64,000 nt of DNA from the human T2T-CHM13v2.0 reference genome, Homo sapiens, in the NCBI RefSeq assembly GCF_009914755.1, contig NC_060947.1; one strand, written 5' to 3'. Shown here piece by piece: positions 1 to 13,948 of this stretch. Below the pieces are notes generated by a model, which saw only the letters and a program-made list of their open reading frames with translations, was not told where the DNA came from and did no database searches. Position 1 is the stretch's first letter, and each line of letters opens with the position of its first letter. A program made the translations under genes and the position numbers.

Positions 1-2044
1 TGTCAAAATTTAAAAATAAACATGGGTATAACATGATTAACTGAACTACCACCTTTATTTGGATTTCCCCAGATTTCCCACTAATGTCCTTTATCTGTCC
101 CAGGCTCTAATTCACAATACCACATTGCATTTACTTGCTCACTTAAGTTTAACAAGATAATCCAAATTTTTGCCTCACTCAAGACTCATAAAATGCCATT
201 TCATTTAATCAGATTTTCTTTTAGCTTAGCTATTTCTATTACAAGGTTATGAAAATATAGAGAAAATACCATTTTAGAATAAGTCAGAATATTCTGTCTT
301 CCTGATTTGCACATGAATTAACTGATCTCAGAATTCTTCCCAGAAACTTTGGTATTGTTTCTCTCCTCTGGTCTCCGGGCCCCTCTTAGCTCTATTCATG
401 CCCCACTACCAATCAGGTCCTTGCTGGCTGGGAACCAAGGCAGCACCGGTAGCCACTCCACTCATCTTAAACAAGGGACAAAAACAAGTACTAAACCAAA
501 TGGAATAGAACTTTGAGGTGGGGAGCTACAATCAGTAACCCCAATCCTTCTAGAAACACCTCTGGATAAAAGTGATTTGCTCAGCAAACATTTCTTTAGC
601 ATCTGTACATATGATTTCAAAGTGGTGCAGACAGGCTGAGTAACTTGACAAAAAGTCATTTAGCTAATAGATGGCAGAGCAGTGATTCAAACCCCAGTTC
701 CTATGTGATTCCAAAGTCTATGATCTTAACTATTCCATTATTGTGCCTTTCTTGAAAGATACTCAATAAATAACTGAGCTGAATCAGTCCAATTCTAGCT
801 TTTGAGCCTTGATTTTTTCAACCTTGACTTGAACTTTGACCGTAGCACTGGTTCTGACTTGATCTTTATGGCAAATATGCTTTCTTTCTTCTTTTACTAA
901 AACGTTGGCCCTGCCTACCCTGATATGTTGCACTGTATACCAACCCAGTTGCCTGCTCTGTGATGTGTCTCCGCCATGTTATGTTAACATTTCCTGGATG
1001 TGCCTGTCTCTCCTGGTTAGGGACCATCCTACTTCTTTCTCCCCGCAACAATGAGGGACCTCTGACGTCTTTTGCTCTGGCAGTAGTCTGGTTGCCATCT
1101 GGCCATTAAGCAGTTCTAGACCTGCTCCTGGCCCTCTGCTGCCCTCTAGCAGTCGCCGGCTACTCTGCCCCATCTGGAACAGGAACTTTACCTTTGGGCC
1201 TTGTATACTTCCACTTGGCTTGGTAACCTTAAAGCCAGGAAAAGGGAAGTCTGGCTGAAACAGCCTGGATTCCCTGGGAGAATGACACTTGGCAGCAAGT
1301 AGCTCAAGAAGAATGACTTTCTCTTCTTCCTTTTTAAGAGAAGGCTAGAGGGAAAGGAGGAAGAAAGACTGGTCCTACGCCTTTCCCACTGAGAATCTCT
1401 CAAGGGATACTGTTCCCAAAATGGCACTGTGGAAGACCTTGTGTGTCCAACTTACAAAGTGTGTTTGTACTAGTTGTGGTCCCACCTTACAAAGGAGCTT
1501 TCCAGCTCTGAGAATGGAGGATGGAGGGGGCAGCAAGTCCTTGGGCCTTTGGGAAATGGATATATCAGTGTCTTGACCCAGTGGATACTTTCTAAACTCC
1601 TCTAGCCACTATAAGGGTGACCTCAGGAACTACCAGCTGTGCACAGGTGGCAGAAGCCTTTGATGACTGGTTTCCTCTTCCCTAGAGTAATTTAGCAGCA
1701 GGAGTGGGTGCAGGGTGGAAGGAGCAGCTGTTTATTCTCATGACACTTCCCACTCCTGAAGACAGCTCTTTGATTGATTCACCACCAACCGCCCCCTTGC
1801 CCCCCGCCCCCAGAAGATCTAGCTTGGTCTCCAGGGACAGAAACAGTTTGGGCTTAGATAGGTTGTGCAACTTCCTCTGGATCAAATACTGGATCCTCAG
1901 GAAAAACAAAAACAAAAACAAAAACAACTTCCCTCAGTTCTGTCTGCTGGTAAGGATGACAGGGGTGACAATAAAGGTACCACTGCCACCACCTCCATCC
2001 CACCTTTTCCCAGCTTATTTACTTGATCCTGACTACAGCTATGT

Positions 2045-2165
2045 GAGGTAGAGTCTTCTATTAGCCCCATTTTAAAGACGGGGAACATGAAGGTCTAAGA
2101 GGATAAGGCTCTTGCCCAAGGTCACATAGAGGCAGAGCCAGGATTTGAACCCAAACAGTTTTAGG
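2045..2165 (-). mobile_element. MIR fragment
   Basis: tattagccccattttaaagacggggaac...cttgcccaaggtcacata...ggcagagccaggatttgaaccca matches the MIR core. Confidence 0.7.
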
Positions 2166-2242
2166 ATGAAAAGAGCCATTAGGATTGAAAACAGACTTCC
2201 AACAAGAAGCCTTACATTCCCCATCTGAGCACCCTTTACCAA

Positions 2243-2278
2243 CACATACACGCGTGTACACACACACACACACACACA
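2243..2278 (+). repeat. (CA)n microsatellite, interrupted
   Basis: cacatacacgcgtgtacacacacacacacacacaca. Confidence 0.9.
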
Positions 2279-4049
2279 GCATCCCAAGCGACTGTTTGTT
2301 TCTCTTTTCCAGCAAAGAGCAATTTAATCTCCTTTTAGGAAACAAAATCGGACCCATTTAGTCAGGGAGAGGAGACAGGCTGAGAAGAGAAAAGCAAGTG
2401 AAAGTAAAAATCAAACTTGCTAAACACAGGAAGTGGAGGAGGCAGGCTGGAAGCTCTGATCAGAGAGATAGGACATGGTAGGTCTCAGACACTGCTCCCT
2501 CCTTTATGAGAAGCCCTAAAGCAAGAATTCAAGAGAGAATAATCTAAAACATGTCCTCCCTAAATCCCCACCCCACCCCCATCCTGAAATAGACGGTAGG
2601 TCTTCCTGATCACTGGGAAGACAGAGGAGAGAAATTATTGCCTTTCCCTTCTAGCCTTCCATAAATTCCAGCCATTAGTCAAGGCTGAGAATCTAACACA
2701 GAAAGAGGGAAAACTGGAAGAACCTCTAAGATGAGGGCTGTACAACCCAGCCAGCAGGTCAAAGGATTGGAGGACCACCCTGAACAGCATGGGAACAACT
2801 GGATTACAACAGCTGGTTGGGCCAAGGCTTCTCAGCCCTAGGCTCGGCAGTGGCCCAGGCCTACTGTTTATTTGCATTGCAAAAGCAAGTCACCCTCAAG
2901 CTGGATCTTCCAAAGATGATAACATCAGCTCCCATTTAATTATGAAAAAGGAACAGTCAAAATAAGCAGATGACTCTCGGCTTTGCTTTACTGCCACAGG
3001 TTGAATTTCAGTACTGATTGACACTGACAAATGCCAGGTACGTGAGGAAATGGCAGTCCTGAGATGTTCTGCTTGGTTGTTCTCCGTCCTATAAATCGCC
3101 CAGGAACATTGTTTTTAAAAGGGAGAAATCACCTTGACATTCTGATGATTCTAAATTTGGGAATCACTGTCAGATACCAGTGGCTTTTACATGACATTTA
3201 CATATGAAGAAATTTTTAAATGAAAAATGTATTATATATTCTTTAACATTAACACTTGGCTGAAAAATATTCCACTATGTGTGCTGGTACAGGGCTGCAA
3301 TTGAAATTCCAGTCGCTTTTAGAAAATGCTCAACACTTTTGAAGCTATTTCCTACCAATGAGTTTATCGCACAATATATAGAACCCAACTGGCCACTTTA
3401 AATGGCTCTAGAAGGCAATTGTATATCAAACTCCTCCATAATGGATTTTTTTAATTGTTAAAGAAACTCATCAATCCTCAGTAATCATTTTAAAGTAAAA
3501 ATGATTCACTCATAACTAGAAGCGAGTGCAGCCCCTGCTCCCACTCCAAAAGCCATGACCATGAATAACTCCAATTCACCCCCAATTCTGGAAGTGCTAA
3601 TTACCTCCACGGATGCTATACAAGCAGCTAAAAAGCCAGATGACCACAAGCAATTAGCCAATCAATCTGACTTGAAATCGCCCCCAACACAATTGGCAGA
3701 AAGCCATATATGAAGTCGAAATGGGCAGCCACCTATTTGAGAGAAAGGTTTTCACCATCCACACTACATTAATAACCTGCCATGGTGTCCCAAATTACCA
3801 CCATTCTAATCACACATTGGGACTTAGGCCCTGCTCAAAAAGTGAATAGGAAAAAGAAACTCATTGTCAAAAACATGTTAGCCCATTAGGACCTATTACC
3901 ACACGAAGTAGCTCTCACCTAGGAAAACTGAGGGCAGTGTTCTGAATGAATGGGAAGGAGAGAGTCAGTCCATTTCTGGGAAAGGTGACAAAGAGAAAAG
4001 TATTCGTGGAAACAGAGGTGTAGAAGAGGTGGGTAAGGTGAGTGAAAAC

Positions 4050-4980
4050 AAAGCCCATCTAGTTTCCATATTCCTTAAAGAGGAAAAGAATGTGCCTGTC
4101 ATCATTTGAGCCTAGGAGGCAGAGGTTGCAATGAGCCAAGATCACACCACTGCACTCCAGCCTGGCGACAGAGTGAGACCCTGTCTCAAAGGAAAAGAAG
4201 GTGGCTGTCACAAATAATAATCACACCAGTCTAACATCAATCCCCAACAGGATTTTAGAACATGTCATCAAGCAGAAGATGTGTGAGCATTTCAAAAAGG
4301 AAGAGGCATTCAAAAGAAACTGGCACAGTTTTATAAGAACAAGTCATGGCAGAGTAACCTCATTCCCTTTTATGATAGGGGTACTGGGCTGAAAACCAGA
4401 GAAATCCAGTGGATATACTGATTCTGGATTTCAAGAGGGCCTTGGACAAAGTGAAGAGTAATGTCCAAGAGAGACTGCTCTGGACTGCAAAGAACACCAC
4501 TGGCTGGTTCCCTCACTGATTTAATGGCAGTACTAAAGGTGCTAGTTAATAGATTAATGTCAACTGAAAAGGAAGTCTCTAATCAGGATTTTAAGGTATC
4601 TTCTCTGCTCAATATTTTTAATCAATGACTGGTGTGATGGCATAAATGATGCACTGATCATATTTACAAATTACTAAAGCTGGAAGAACCGTTAACTAAT
4701 TTTGAAACCCTAAAATCTGGGCTCAAATTTAGTAAGATGTCATATCAATACAGGACCAAATCCCCAAAGGTGAAATGAAGGCCAGTGATAAAAGTTTGGA
4801 GAATTTTGCTTGATTATAAATACAACACTTGCTAACTCAACCATGAGTGGCTGTTAAATTGGTTGCCTCAATAAAAGTAATACTATGTAGATAATAGGAG
4901 GTAATTGCTACCCTGTGCATCACACTGGGCAATTCCGAGTACCACAATTTAGAAGGATAACAACCAAGTAGAAACCTACT
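4050..4980 (+). mobile_element. CR1/L3 LINE fossil, reverse-transcriptase region (interrupted by an Alu fragment)
   Basis: ORF 4201 reads SLTSIPNRILEHVIKQKMCEHF...HSF, resembling CR1 RT 'SLTSIPGKILEQIIK..CEHL...QHGF'. Downstream are remnants of DF.KAFDKV (gatttcaagagggccttggacaaagt) and FNIFINDL/KFADDTKL (caatatttttaatcaatgac). Confidence 0.75.
4102..4190 (+). mobile_element. 5'-truncated Alu (right-arm 3' part)
   Basis: ttgagcctaggaggcagaggttgcaatgagccaagatcacaccactgcactccagcctgg..., flanked by a 19/21 direct repeat at 4081-4101 and 4190-4210. Confidence 0.9.
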
Positions 4981-6606
4981 TGAGTAGAAGCCACATGAAA
5001 GCAACTGGTATGGTAAAAGAGTTACATGGAGATGGATTGTGGGCCAACAAACATAAGAACTAGCAACTAAAGCTAACCAAAAATTAAACGGCTGCCTCTT
5101 AGGGGAGGGAGTTCTTGATCAGAAGAGGTTTTCACTCCAAAACCAAATGACCACTCACCCAAAATATGTTGTACAGAGGAGTCACACAGAGGTATGAGGG
5201 TTGCATTTGATGGTGTTTCTAAAGCTCCCTGACAACTCTGATATGCTGTGATTCTATGGAACCACCTCCCTAATTTACAAAACTGAAAAAGGACACACAA
5301 CTAAAGCCAAGCCTCTGGGTAGTAAATTAACTCATGAAAAGAAATGTTCTGAACCCAGTAGAGAGAATAAGGAAGTGGCAGACAATCCTAGTCCTTTCTT
5401 CCTCCAAACTCCGTAGCTGTAGGGGTCTTATTTGCATGGATGGCTTGGGAGTTTAAATAAACTTCATTGGGTGGCTGAGATGTTTGTAATGAGGACAGGG
5501 GTGAAGGGAGTCAAATGGTGATGTGTAAACAACTTATTTCCCTGACTTCTGTGAAAACAGAATCTGATGTTTTTCTATAGAGTGATTTATATGGATAGGG
5601 ACAAAAACAAAACAATGAACTAAACCACACTCCAAATGTGGATTATTTGTGAAATATAATTGAAACACAATCTAAAGCAAAGCATTTCTTCCATGAGCCC
5701 TTAATTGAGAAATAAAAATAACACGGAGATCATGTCCATAGACAGACTGACGTCAATGTTTGAGGAATTTAGCTGAATAGACTACCATGTGCATGTCTGA
5801 AACTACCCAGCAGTGCCTGACACACAGTAAGTGCTCACTAAATAGCTGGCTGACAGTAACAGAAAAATTAAAGTGTTTGAGGCATCTAACCAAAAATACC
5901 GTCCCCCCTCCGCCCCCCTGCCACCGCCCCGGCAAATCGGCAAATTCAAGCCTGCAATATGACAGCAGGATTCAGGTCTTTTGTTTGAGGTAGCTTAACC
6001 AGACTGGGCCTGGAGCTTGGTGTTCCTTGACCTCTGGAACGCTGAAAGGGAGAACACAATTTCCTAGGCAGACTGCTCAGGGTCACTCCTCTGGAACCAC
6101 CAATTACACTCACTTCCCTAGTGAACTACGGAAAGGACTGGCTCTTTCTGCACATTGGGAGGCAGCAGAGAGTGCAATTCTGGCCTGTTGTCCCTGGAAA
6201 CCCTAAGGGGTTCCGCTCCAGTACATGAAACACAGGAATTAAAATATTCCCTTTGGCACTGTAAGAGAAAAGAAAAAATAAAGAACATACCTAAATGTTT
6301 GCCAATAGGGAAGCAGATGGGTGGGAATATTATGCAGCTGTTTTTTTTTTAAAGTACAAAGTATTTAAGTACTTGTTTTGAACGATGCCAGAGATGTATA
6401 AAGTGAAAAGGTATGTTACCAAATAGTATATATGGTATGACCCCATTTATGTAGGAAAAAAAACTGTATGAGTAGTGAGTGTGTGCATATTTATACAGAA
6501 ATACATGGGGAAAAGTTCAGAAGGATACACACATCAAACTCTTTACAGTGTATGCAGCTGACAATATAAATAAGATAGAGTGAGGGATAAAGGGGGGACT
6601 TTCACT

Positions 6607-6902
6607 TTTTTTTTTTCTTTTCTAGACAGTCTCCCTCTGTCACCCAGGCTGGAGTGCCTTGATGCAATCATGGTTCACTGCAGCCTCATCCTCCCTGGGC
6701 TCAGGTAATCCTCCTGCTTCAGCCTCCCAAGTAGCTGGGACTACAGGTGTGCACCACCAAACATGGCTAATTTTTGTATTTTTTGTAGAGACAGGGTCTC
6801 GCCATGTTGCCCAGGCTGGTCTCGAACTTCTGACCTCAAGCAATCCATCTGCCACAGCCTCCCAAAGTGTCAGAATTACAGGTGTGAGCCACCATGCCTG
6901 GC
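6607..6902 (-). mobile_element. Alu, full length (AluJ-like)
   Basis: Poly-T followed by both antisense arms; TSD actttcactttt on both sides. Confidence 0.95.
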
Positions 6903-6929
6903 TACTTTCACTTTTTACTCTCTATATTT

Positions 6930-8430
6930 CTTTTATAAAATAAATTTTACAGTGTATATTTAAGGTATACAATGTGATGTAATAAATATACATATATATA
7001 TATTATATATATATATTTACTATAGTGGAACAAATTAACAACTCCATCATCTCACATACACATTCCCCACTTTCCTTGTGGCAAGAACAGCTGTAATCTA
7101 CTCATTTAGTAAAAATCCTGCATACAATATGCTATTATCAACTATAGTCCTCATGTATTATATATTAGATCTTTCGACTTGTTCATCCTAAATATCTGCT
7201 ACTTTGTATCATCTGACCTACATCTCCCCATTTCCTTTCCCCTGCCCCAATCTTGGTAGCCACTGTTTTATTCTCTATCTCTGTATATCTCTGTATATTT
7301 GACCTTTTTCCCCTTTAATGTCCTCCAGGTCCATCCATGTTGTGGCAAAAGGAAGGTCTCCTTTTCTTAAAGGCTGAATAATGTTGCATGAAACATTTTC
7401 TATTCATGTTTCTATTCATGAAACAGTTTCTTTATCAATTCATCCATTTGGACAACCAGGTTGTTTCCATATCTTGGCTATTGTGAATAATGCAGCAATG
7501 AACATTGGGAGTGCAGATATCTCTTAGACAGACTGATTTCATTTTGAGGGGTATATACGTGCTAAAAATTGCTGGGATTGCTGGGTCATATGGGTCACAT
7601 GGTAGTCCTAATTTTAATTTCCTTAGGAACCTCCATACTGTTTTCCATAATGGTTGCACCAATCTACATTTCCATCAGCAGTGTGCAAGGGTTCCCTTTT
7701 CCCTACACCCTTGTCAACACTTGTTATCTCTTGTCTTTTTGATAACAGCTATCTTAACAGGTGTGAGGTGGTACCTCATGGTGGCTTTCATTTGCAATTC
7801 CTGATGATTAGTGATGTTTAGCATTTTTTCAGGTACCTGTTGGCTATTTTTATGTCATCTTTGGAGAAATATCTATTCAAGTCCTTTGCCCATTTTTAAA
7901 TCAAGTTATATGTTTTCTTCCTATTGAGTTGTATGAGTTCTTTATAAATCTTGGATATTAACCCCTTATCAGATATAAGGTTTGTAAATATTTGCAACCA
8001 TTTTCCCAATCTGTAGGTTGCCTTTTCATTTTGCTGATTGTTTCCTTTGCTGTGCAGAAGCTTTTTAGTTTGATGTAGTCCCATTTACTTATTTTTGCTT
8101 TTGTAGCCTGAGCTTTTGGTGTGATATCCATAAAATCATTGCCAAGGTCAATGCCAAGGAGCTTTTCCCCTATGTTTTCTTCTAAAAGGTTTATGGTTTC
8201 AGGTCTTACTTTTAGGTCTTCATCCATTTTAAGTTGATTTTTATGTACAGTATAAGATAAGGGTCCAATTTAATTCTTTTGCATGTGGAAATCCTGTTCT
8301 CTCAGCACCATTTATTGAAAAGACTATTCTTTCTCCATTGTGTCCTTTTTGGTGCCCTTGTGGAAAATTAGTTGACCACATATGTTTGGGTTCATTTTTG
8401 GGTTCTTGATTCTGTTCCACTGGTTTTCCA
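6930..8430 (-). mobile_element. L1 (L1MA-type) 3' 1.5 kb: ORF2 C-terminus plus 3'UTR
   Basis: Minus-strand ORFs give L1 ORF2 peptides ([41 protein letters not shown]; [17 protein letters not shown]); 3'UTR is L1MA-like. Confidence 0.93.
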
Positions 8431-9307
8431 TATAGTTCTGTATTGTTTCTTTCTTTTTGTTTTTTCATTAAGCATGTCTAAATACTGTATGCATTTCTCC
8501 ATCTTAGAAAATTACCTTTGTAATTTGAAAAAAATATCAAAAATGGAAAAGGAAGAAACCCCTACCCTTTCACCCAGCCTCCTGGGAATCCACAGAGTGA
8601 CTAGGTGAAGTAGTCCAGCCAGGCCTGCTTAGCTTCCCTGCTTTCCTTGCTCCATACAAGACATTTTTACTCTTTCTTTTTGGTGGCAGGTGGTCACAGG
8701 TTGCAAGGAGACTAGTTCTTAGGGTAGTACATTGCCCTAAATGGAGAGATAATTTATTAACAAGCAATTCTCTCAGAAGTTCAAAACCCTGGGAGAAGCA
8801 ACAATCTTTTCAAAGCCTTCTCATAAGAAACAGCAGCAGTGCCCACTAGTAAAACTATACAATCTATGTGCCAAATACTTCTGATGGAGAAAACATGGCA
8901 TTTGAGGCAAACAGAAACTTAGTAAAGTAAAAGTGCTGATTCACATAAGCCTAAAGACAATAAAAACCTTGGCACACATGTTCTTTTCTATCAAATCCAT
9001 TCAGATACCATGCACACACAAAAGTTGTTTAGGAAAACAAAATCGGGCAACATTGAATAACTAGATTCAATCAACAAAATACTCCTGTAAACCACTTGTG
9101 AACTCCTCTTTGGTTAGTCACCAAATAATTCCCACACTATACAAAGAGCATTCCATGAAAAAAAGGTTCATGTACAAACATGCCTCATGGACCAGTTTTC
9201 CCCATCAGAATGAGAATGTGAGCCAACTCAGAAAAATTAAAGAGAACTAGATTTAGAGCTAGAAGGCCAGTTTTCAAACTGTGACTTGCCAACACAAGAC
9301 TTCATGC

Positions 9308-9537
9308 CAGTGGTTCTCAATGGAAGATGAATTTGAGCTCCCCCCAACTGCCCCAGGCCCAGGGACATTTGACAACATTTTTGGTTGTCACAACTGGAGA
9401 GAGGTACTCCTGCGTCTAGTGGGTAGAGGCCAGGGATGCTGCTAAACATTCTACAATGCACAGGACAACCTCCATGACAAAGAATTACCTTGTCCCAAAT
9501 GTTCAAATGTTCATAATGCCAATATTGAAAAACCCTG
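9308..9537 (+). mobile_element. MER20 (hAT-Charlie MITE)
   Basis: cagtggttctcaa...ttttggttgtcacaactgg...tagtgggtagaggccagggatgctgctaaacattctacaatgcacaggaca...ttgaaaaaccctg. Confidence 0.85.
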
Positions 9538-9663
9538 CTTTAGACAAATCACTTCTCATCTCTCTATCCTTGGTTTTCCTACTTGGAAAATAGGGACTAT
9601 GTGTCTCATGGAAGCAGAAATGTTTTAAAGTATTTAGTTTAATGTAAGTGTGGGATTATCTGA

Positions 9664-10061
<398 letters not shown>

Positions 10062-11802
10062 ACAAATTATTTTTTAAAGTAATTTAGAAATGAGCCATAG
10101 ACATCTTCCTGGTGAAAATAGTACTTGAGGCAACAGATAGTATCGAGCAGAGACTGAGAGACCAGGCACTCAAATAAGAGTGTCTGGAGTTCAAGTCATG
10201 GCAAGGTACTGAACATCTGTAAAACATGGTACTAACAGTATCTACTTTATAGGGTTGCTGTGAGGATTCAATGTGTTAATGTATATAATGAGCTTCTAAC
10301 GATACTCGGTACATAGTACATACTCATTAAATATTTGCTATTGTTATTTTTAATGAAGCACACTAGAGATATACAAGGTATTATGAGACACAAAGGAGGG
10401 TAACCTAATCCAGTGGAGGGGGTAGTCAGGGAAGGTGTCCTGGAGAACGTGGTACTTCAGTTACATCTTAAAACCTGACAGATGTTAAAGGAAAGGTATA
10501 AAACTTGAGGCAGGGAGGCTGGTTAGAAAGCGATTAAATCCTCAGGATAGAGCTGAGGGCTGAAACCAGGGCAGTGATAACCAACAGGACTTGGTGACCA
10601 CTGGCTATGGGGAAAGAAGGACCCAGGAAGGAGGGGGCAGAAGATAGGACATGAACAAGTTGCTTACCCTCTCTGAGCTTCCATTTCCCTCATACATCAA
10701 ATGAAGACAATGCTACCTATTTAACAGGATTACTGCAGGGATTAAATAAATGTATTAAAACCCTCTAGCATAGTGGCACATAGTAGACAATAAATGGAAA
10801 CTCTCACTATTATTCCTGATTATTATTAACAACAATTACAATAGCCCTGGAAGGACTAAGGACTAAGCCCTAAATGACAGCTAGCCCACAAGGCTCAGCA
10901 TCAGGAAAAGACATGCCTGGTGTTACACTATTGGCTTCATAGCAGAGCCATGAATATAAACTCTATATTCCACCTCCTACTCTGTGGTATGTTTTTTTTG
11001 TTTTGTTTTGTTTTCCTCCCACTGTACTGTTCTAAATGGTTGGAGGAGGCTCCCCTCCAAAAGATCAAGGTGAGCTTACCCATATTGTCAGCAGTCTTCT
11101 CCCAGTGTCAGCAATGAATAGGATTCTAAAACACACTGGAGGACTGCTTCCTTCTGCTCAAGGTAAAAATTGCCCATACTCCTTAATCTGATCATTGTAC
11201 CCCACCTCTCTTTATTAAAACAGAAAGCTCAGTGTATATAACTGAGTGGATAAACTTGCTATTTCTACAGATGCTGGGATTTTAACTGTATCACCTCCCA
11301 AGAGAACTAAATGGTAGACAGTAGCCTGATTATAATCAGAACAAACACAGCTGGATTTCTAAATGGTGCAACTCCCTTAATGCCTCCACTGGGCTATAGC
11401 TTTGCTATTGTTGTTTGGTTTCTTTAAAAGATGTTTATTATACTCAGTTGAAAACCATAAGGGTAAAGCTTCTAATTCTGCAGGCCCCAAACTAGTCCCT
11501 CTTAAAAGCAACATAGGTGAGATCAAAATAACTATGTTTGAGAAAGGACATGGGAGGCAACATGTAAAATAATAGTTCTTCCCTCAAGCCAGGTAGAAAT
11601 CTGAATGGTAGCAGAATATGCCAGCAATCAGTACCCAAATGGATATTATTAAATCTAAGAATCCTGAGTTTACTGCTGTTAAAATAACTGAGACTGCTTA
11701 TTTGAGTCCATTAAATAATAATAATTTGAATCTATTTGTTCAGACTGGGATTTTTCATAAAACCAAATTAGAGTGGAATGGAGTTTTAGAGATTAGCTAG
11801 CC

Positions 11803-11971
11803 CTGTGGTCCTTAACTGTTTGGGAGGCATAGACCCCTTTACGTATCTGACTTAAACTCTGTGCTTTCTCTTCAGAAAAAAAGTCACATATACAAAAAAA
11901 TTTTACATAAAATTTCAGGGGCTTCAAGGAACCACTGTAACCTATTAATGGACCCCAGTTAAGAACCAATG
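11803..11971. mobile_element. hAT-Charlie-type MITE (MER103C-like)
   Basis: Imperfect terminal inverted repeats ggtccttaactg / cagttaagaacc, with internal gacccctttacgtatctga...aaattttacataaaatttcagggg. Confidence 0.55.
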
Positions 11972-12790
11972 TGCCAGTCTCTTCATCTCTTTGGACAGAC
12001 AAAGAAAATTAATTTGCCTGATTTCCTGTTGGAAAACAGCCTTATATTTAAAATGTGAATTACACATAATAACCCTAATTAATAAGAGCCCCTTATATAA
12101 GTGTGCATATAGCGCTATTTGGTTTAATATGCAATTTTACATATACATCTTCTTATTCTTATAACTAATATAAGAATATGGACTAGACATGTAATAGCTC
12201 CATTTTATAGGTTAGAAATCCAAGGTTTTGGGAAATTAAAGCTCAACAAACATTTAGAAAATCTACCATATATATCTACCTACCAACACTGAGTAAGGGG
12301 GCAGAGATACAGAGATGAACTCAAAACGGACCCTTGAGTTGCTTTCAGTCCTGTCAAGGGGACAGACATTCTCCACCCTATCCAGAGCACATCATTTCTA
12401 GGTTACTAGAAACCTAGAGATGCCAACAATGAGCAAGGGAACATGGTGTGGGGCAGGTGGGATGGGGACTAGGGAGGATTGCAAGGAGACCTAGCCTCAC
12501 CTGCAGGTTTAGAAAAGGATCCCTAAGGTGTTCAGACAGCTTGTTGCAGGATCCAGAGCCTGAAAATGACCAACTAGGAACTGCAATCTAAGTATTCTAA
12601 GACTTCCCTATGGGCTGAGCTTCCCAAAGGCCTTTGCTATAGTTTGGATATTTGTACCGGACCAAATCTCATGTTGAATTGTAATCCCCAATGCTGGAGG
12701 TGGGGCCTGGTGGGAGGCATTTGGATTGTGAGGGCAGATCCCTCATGGCTTGGTGCTGTCTTCACAATAGCGAGTTCTTTGGAGATCTGA

Positions 12791-13289
<499 letters not shown>

Positions 13290-13292
13290 TAA

Positions 13293-13620
<328 letters not shown>

Positions 13621-13629
13621 AAACTTTAT

Positions 13630-13948
13630 TTATATATATATACATATATATTTTTTAAGACAGGATCTCACTTTGTTGCCCAGGCTAGAGTGCAGTGGGG
13701 TGATCACAGCTCACTGCAGTCTTGACCTCCCAGGCTCAGGGGATCCCCTACCTCAGCCTCTCCAGTAGCTGGGACTATAGGCATGTGCCACCACACTCAG
13801 CTAATTTTTTTTTTTGTATTTTTTTTTTTATAGAGACGGGGTTTCGCCTCATTGCTCAGGCTGGTCTTCGAACTCCTGGGTTCAAGTGGTCCTCCTCCTC
13901 AGCCTCCCAAAGTGCTGGGATTACAGGCGTGAGCCATCATGCCTGGAC
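13630..13948 (-). mobile_element. Alu (AluJ-like)
   Basis: J-type sequence (gctcactgcagtcttgacctcccaggctcagg); TSD ctttataaatt. Confidence 0.92.

Noticed and set aside
900-1680. Possible old LTR-like segment
   Set aside because: Could not identify termini, TSD or family by eye, so it is left unannotated.
7270-7605. Micro-duplications inside the L1 (atctctgtat x2, tttctattcatg x2, tgggtcata/tgggtcaca)
   Set aside because: Ordinary slippage in a neutrally evolving repeat.
7435-8468. ORFs with clear protein similarity
   Set aside because: Frameshifted L1 ORF2 remnants; not functional.
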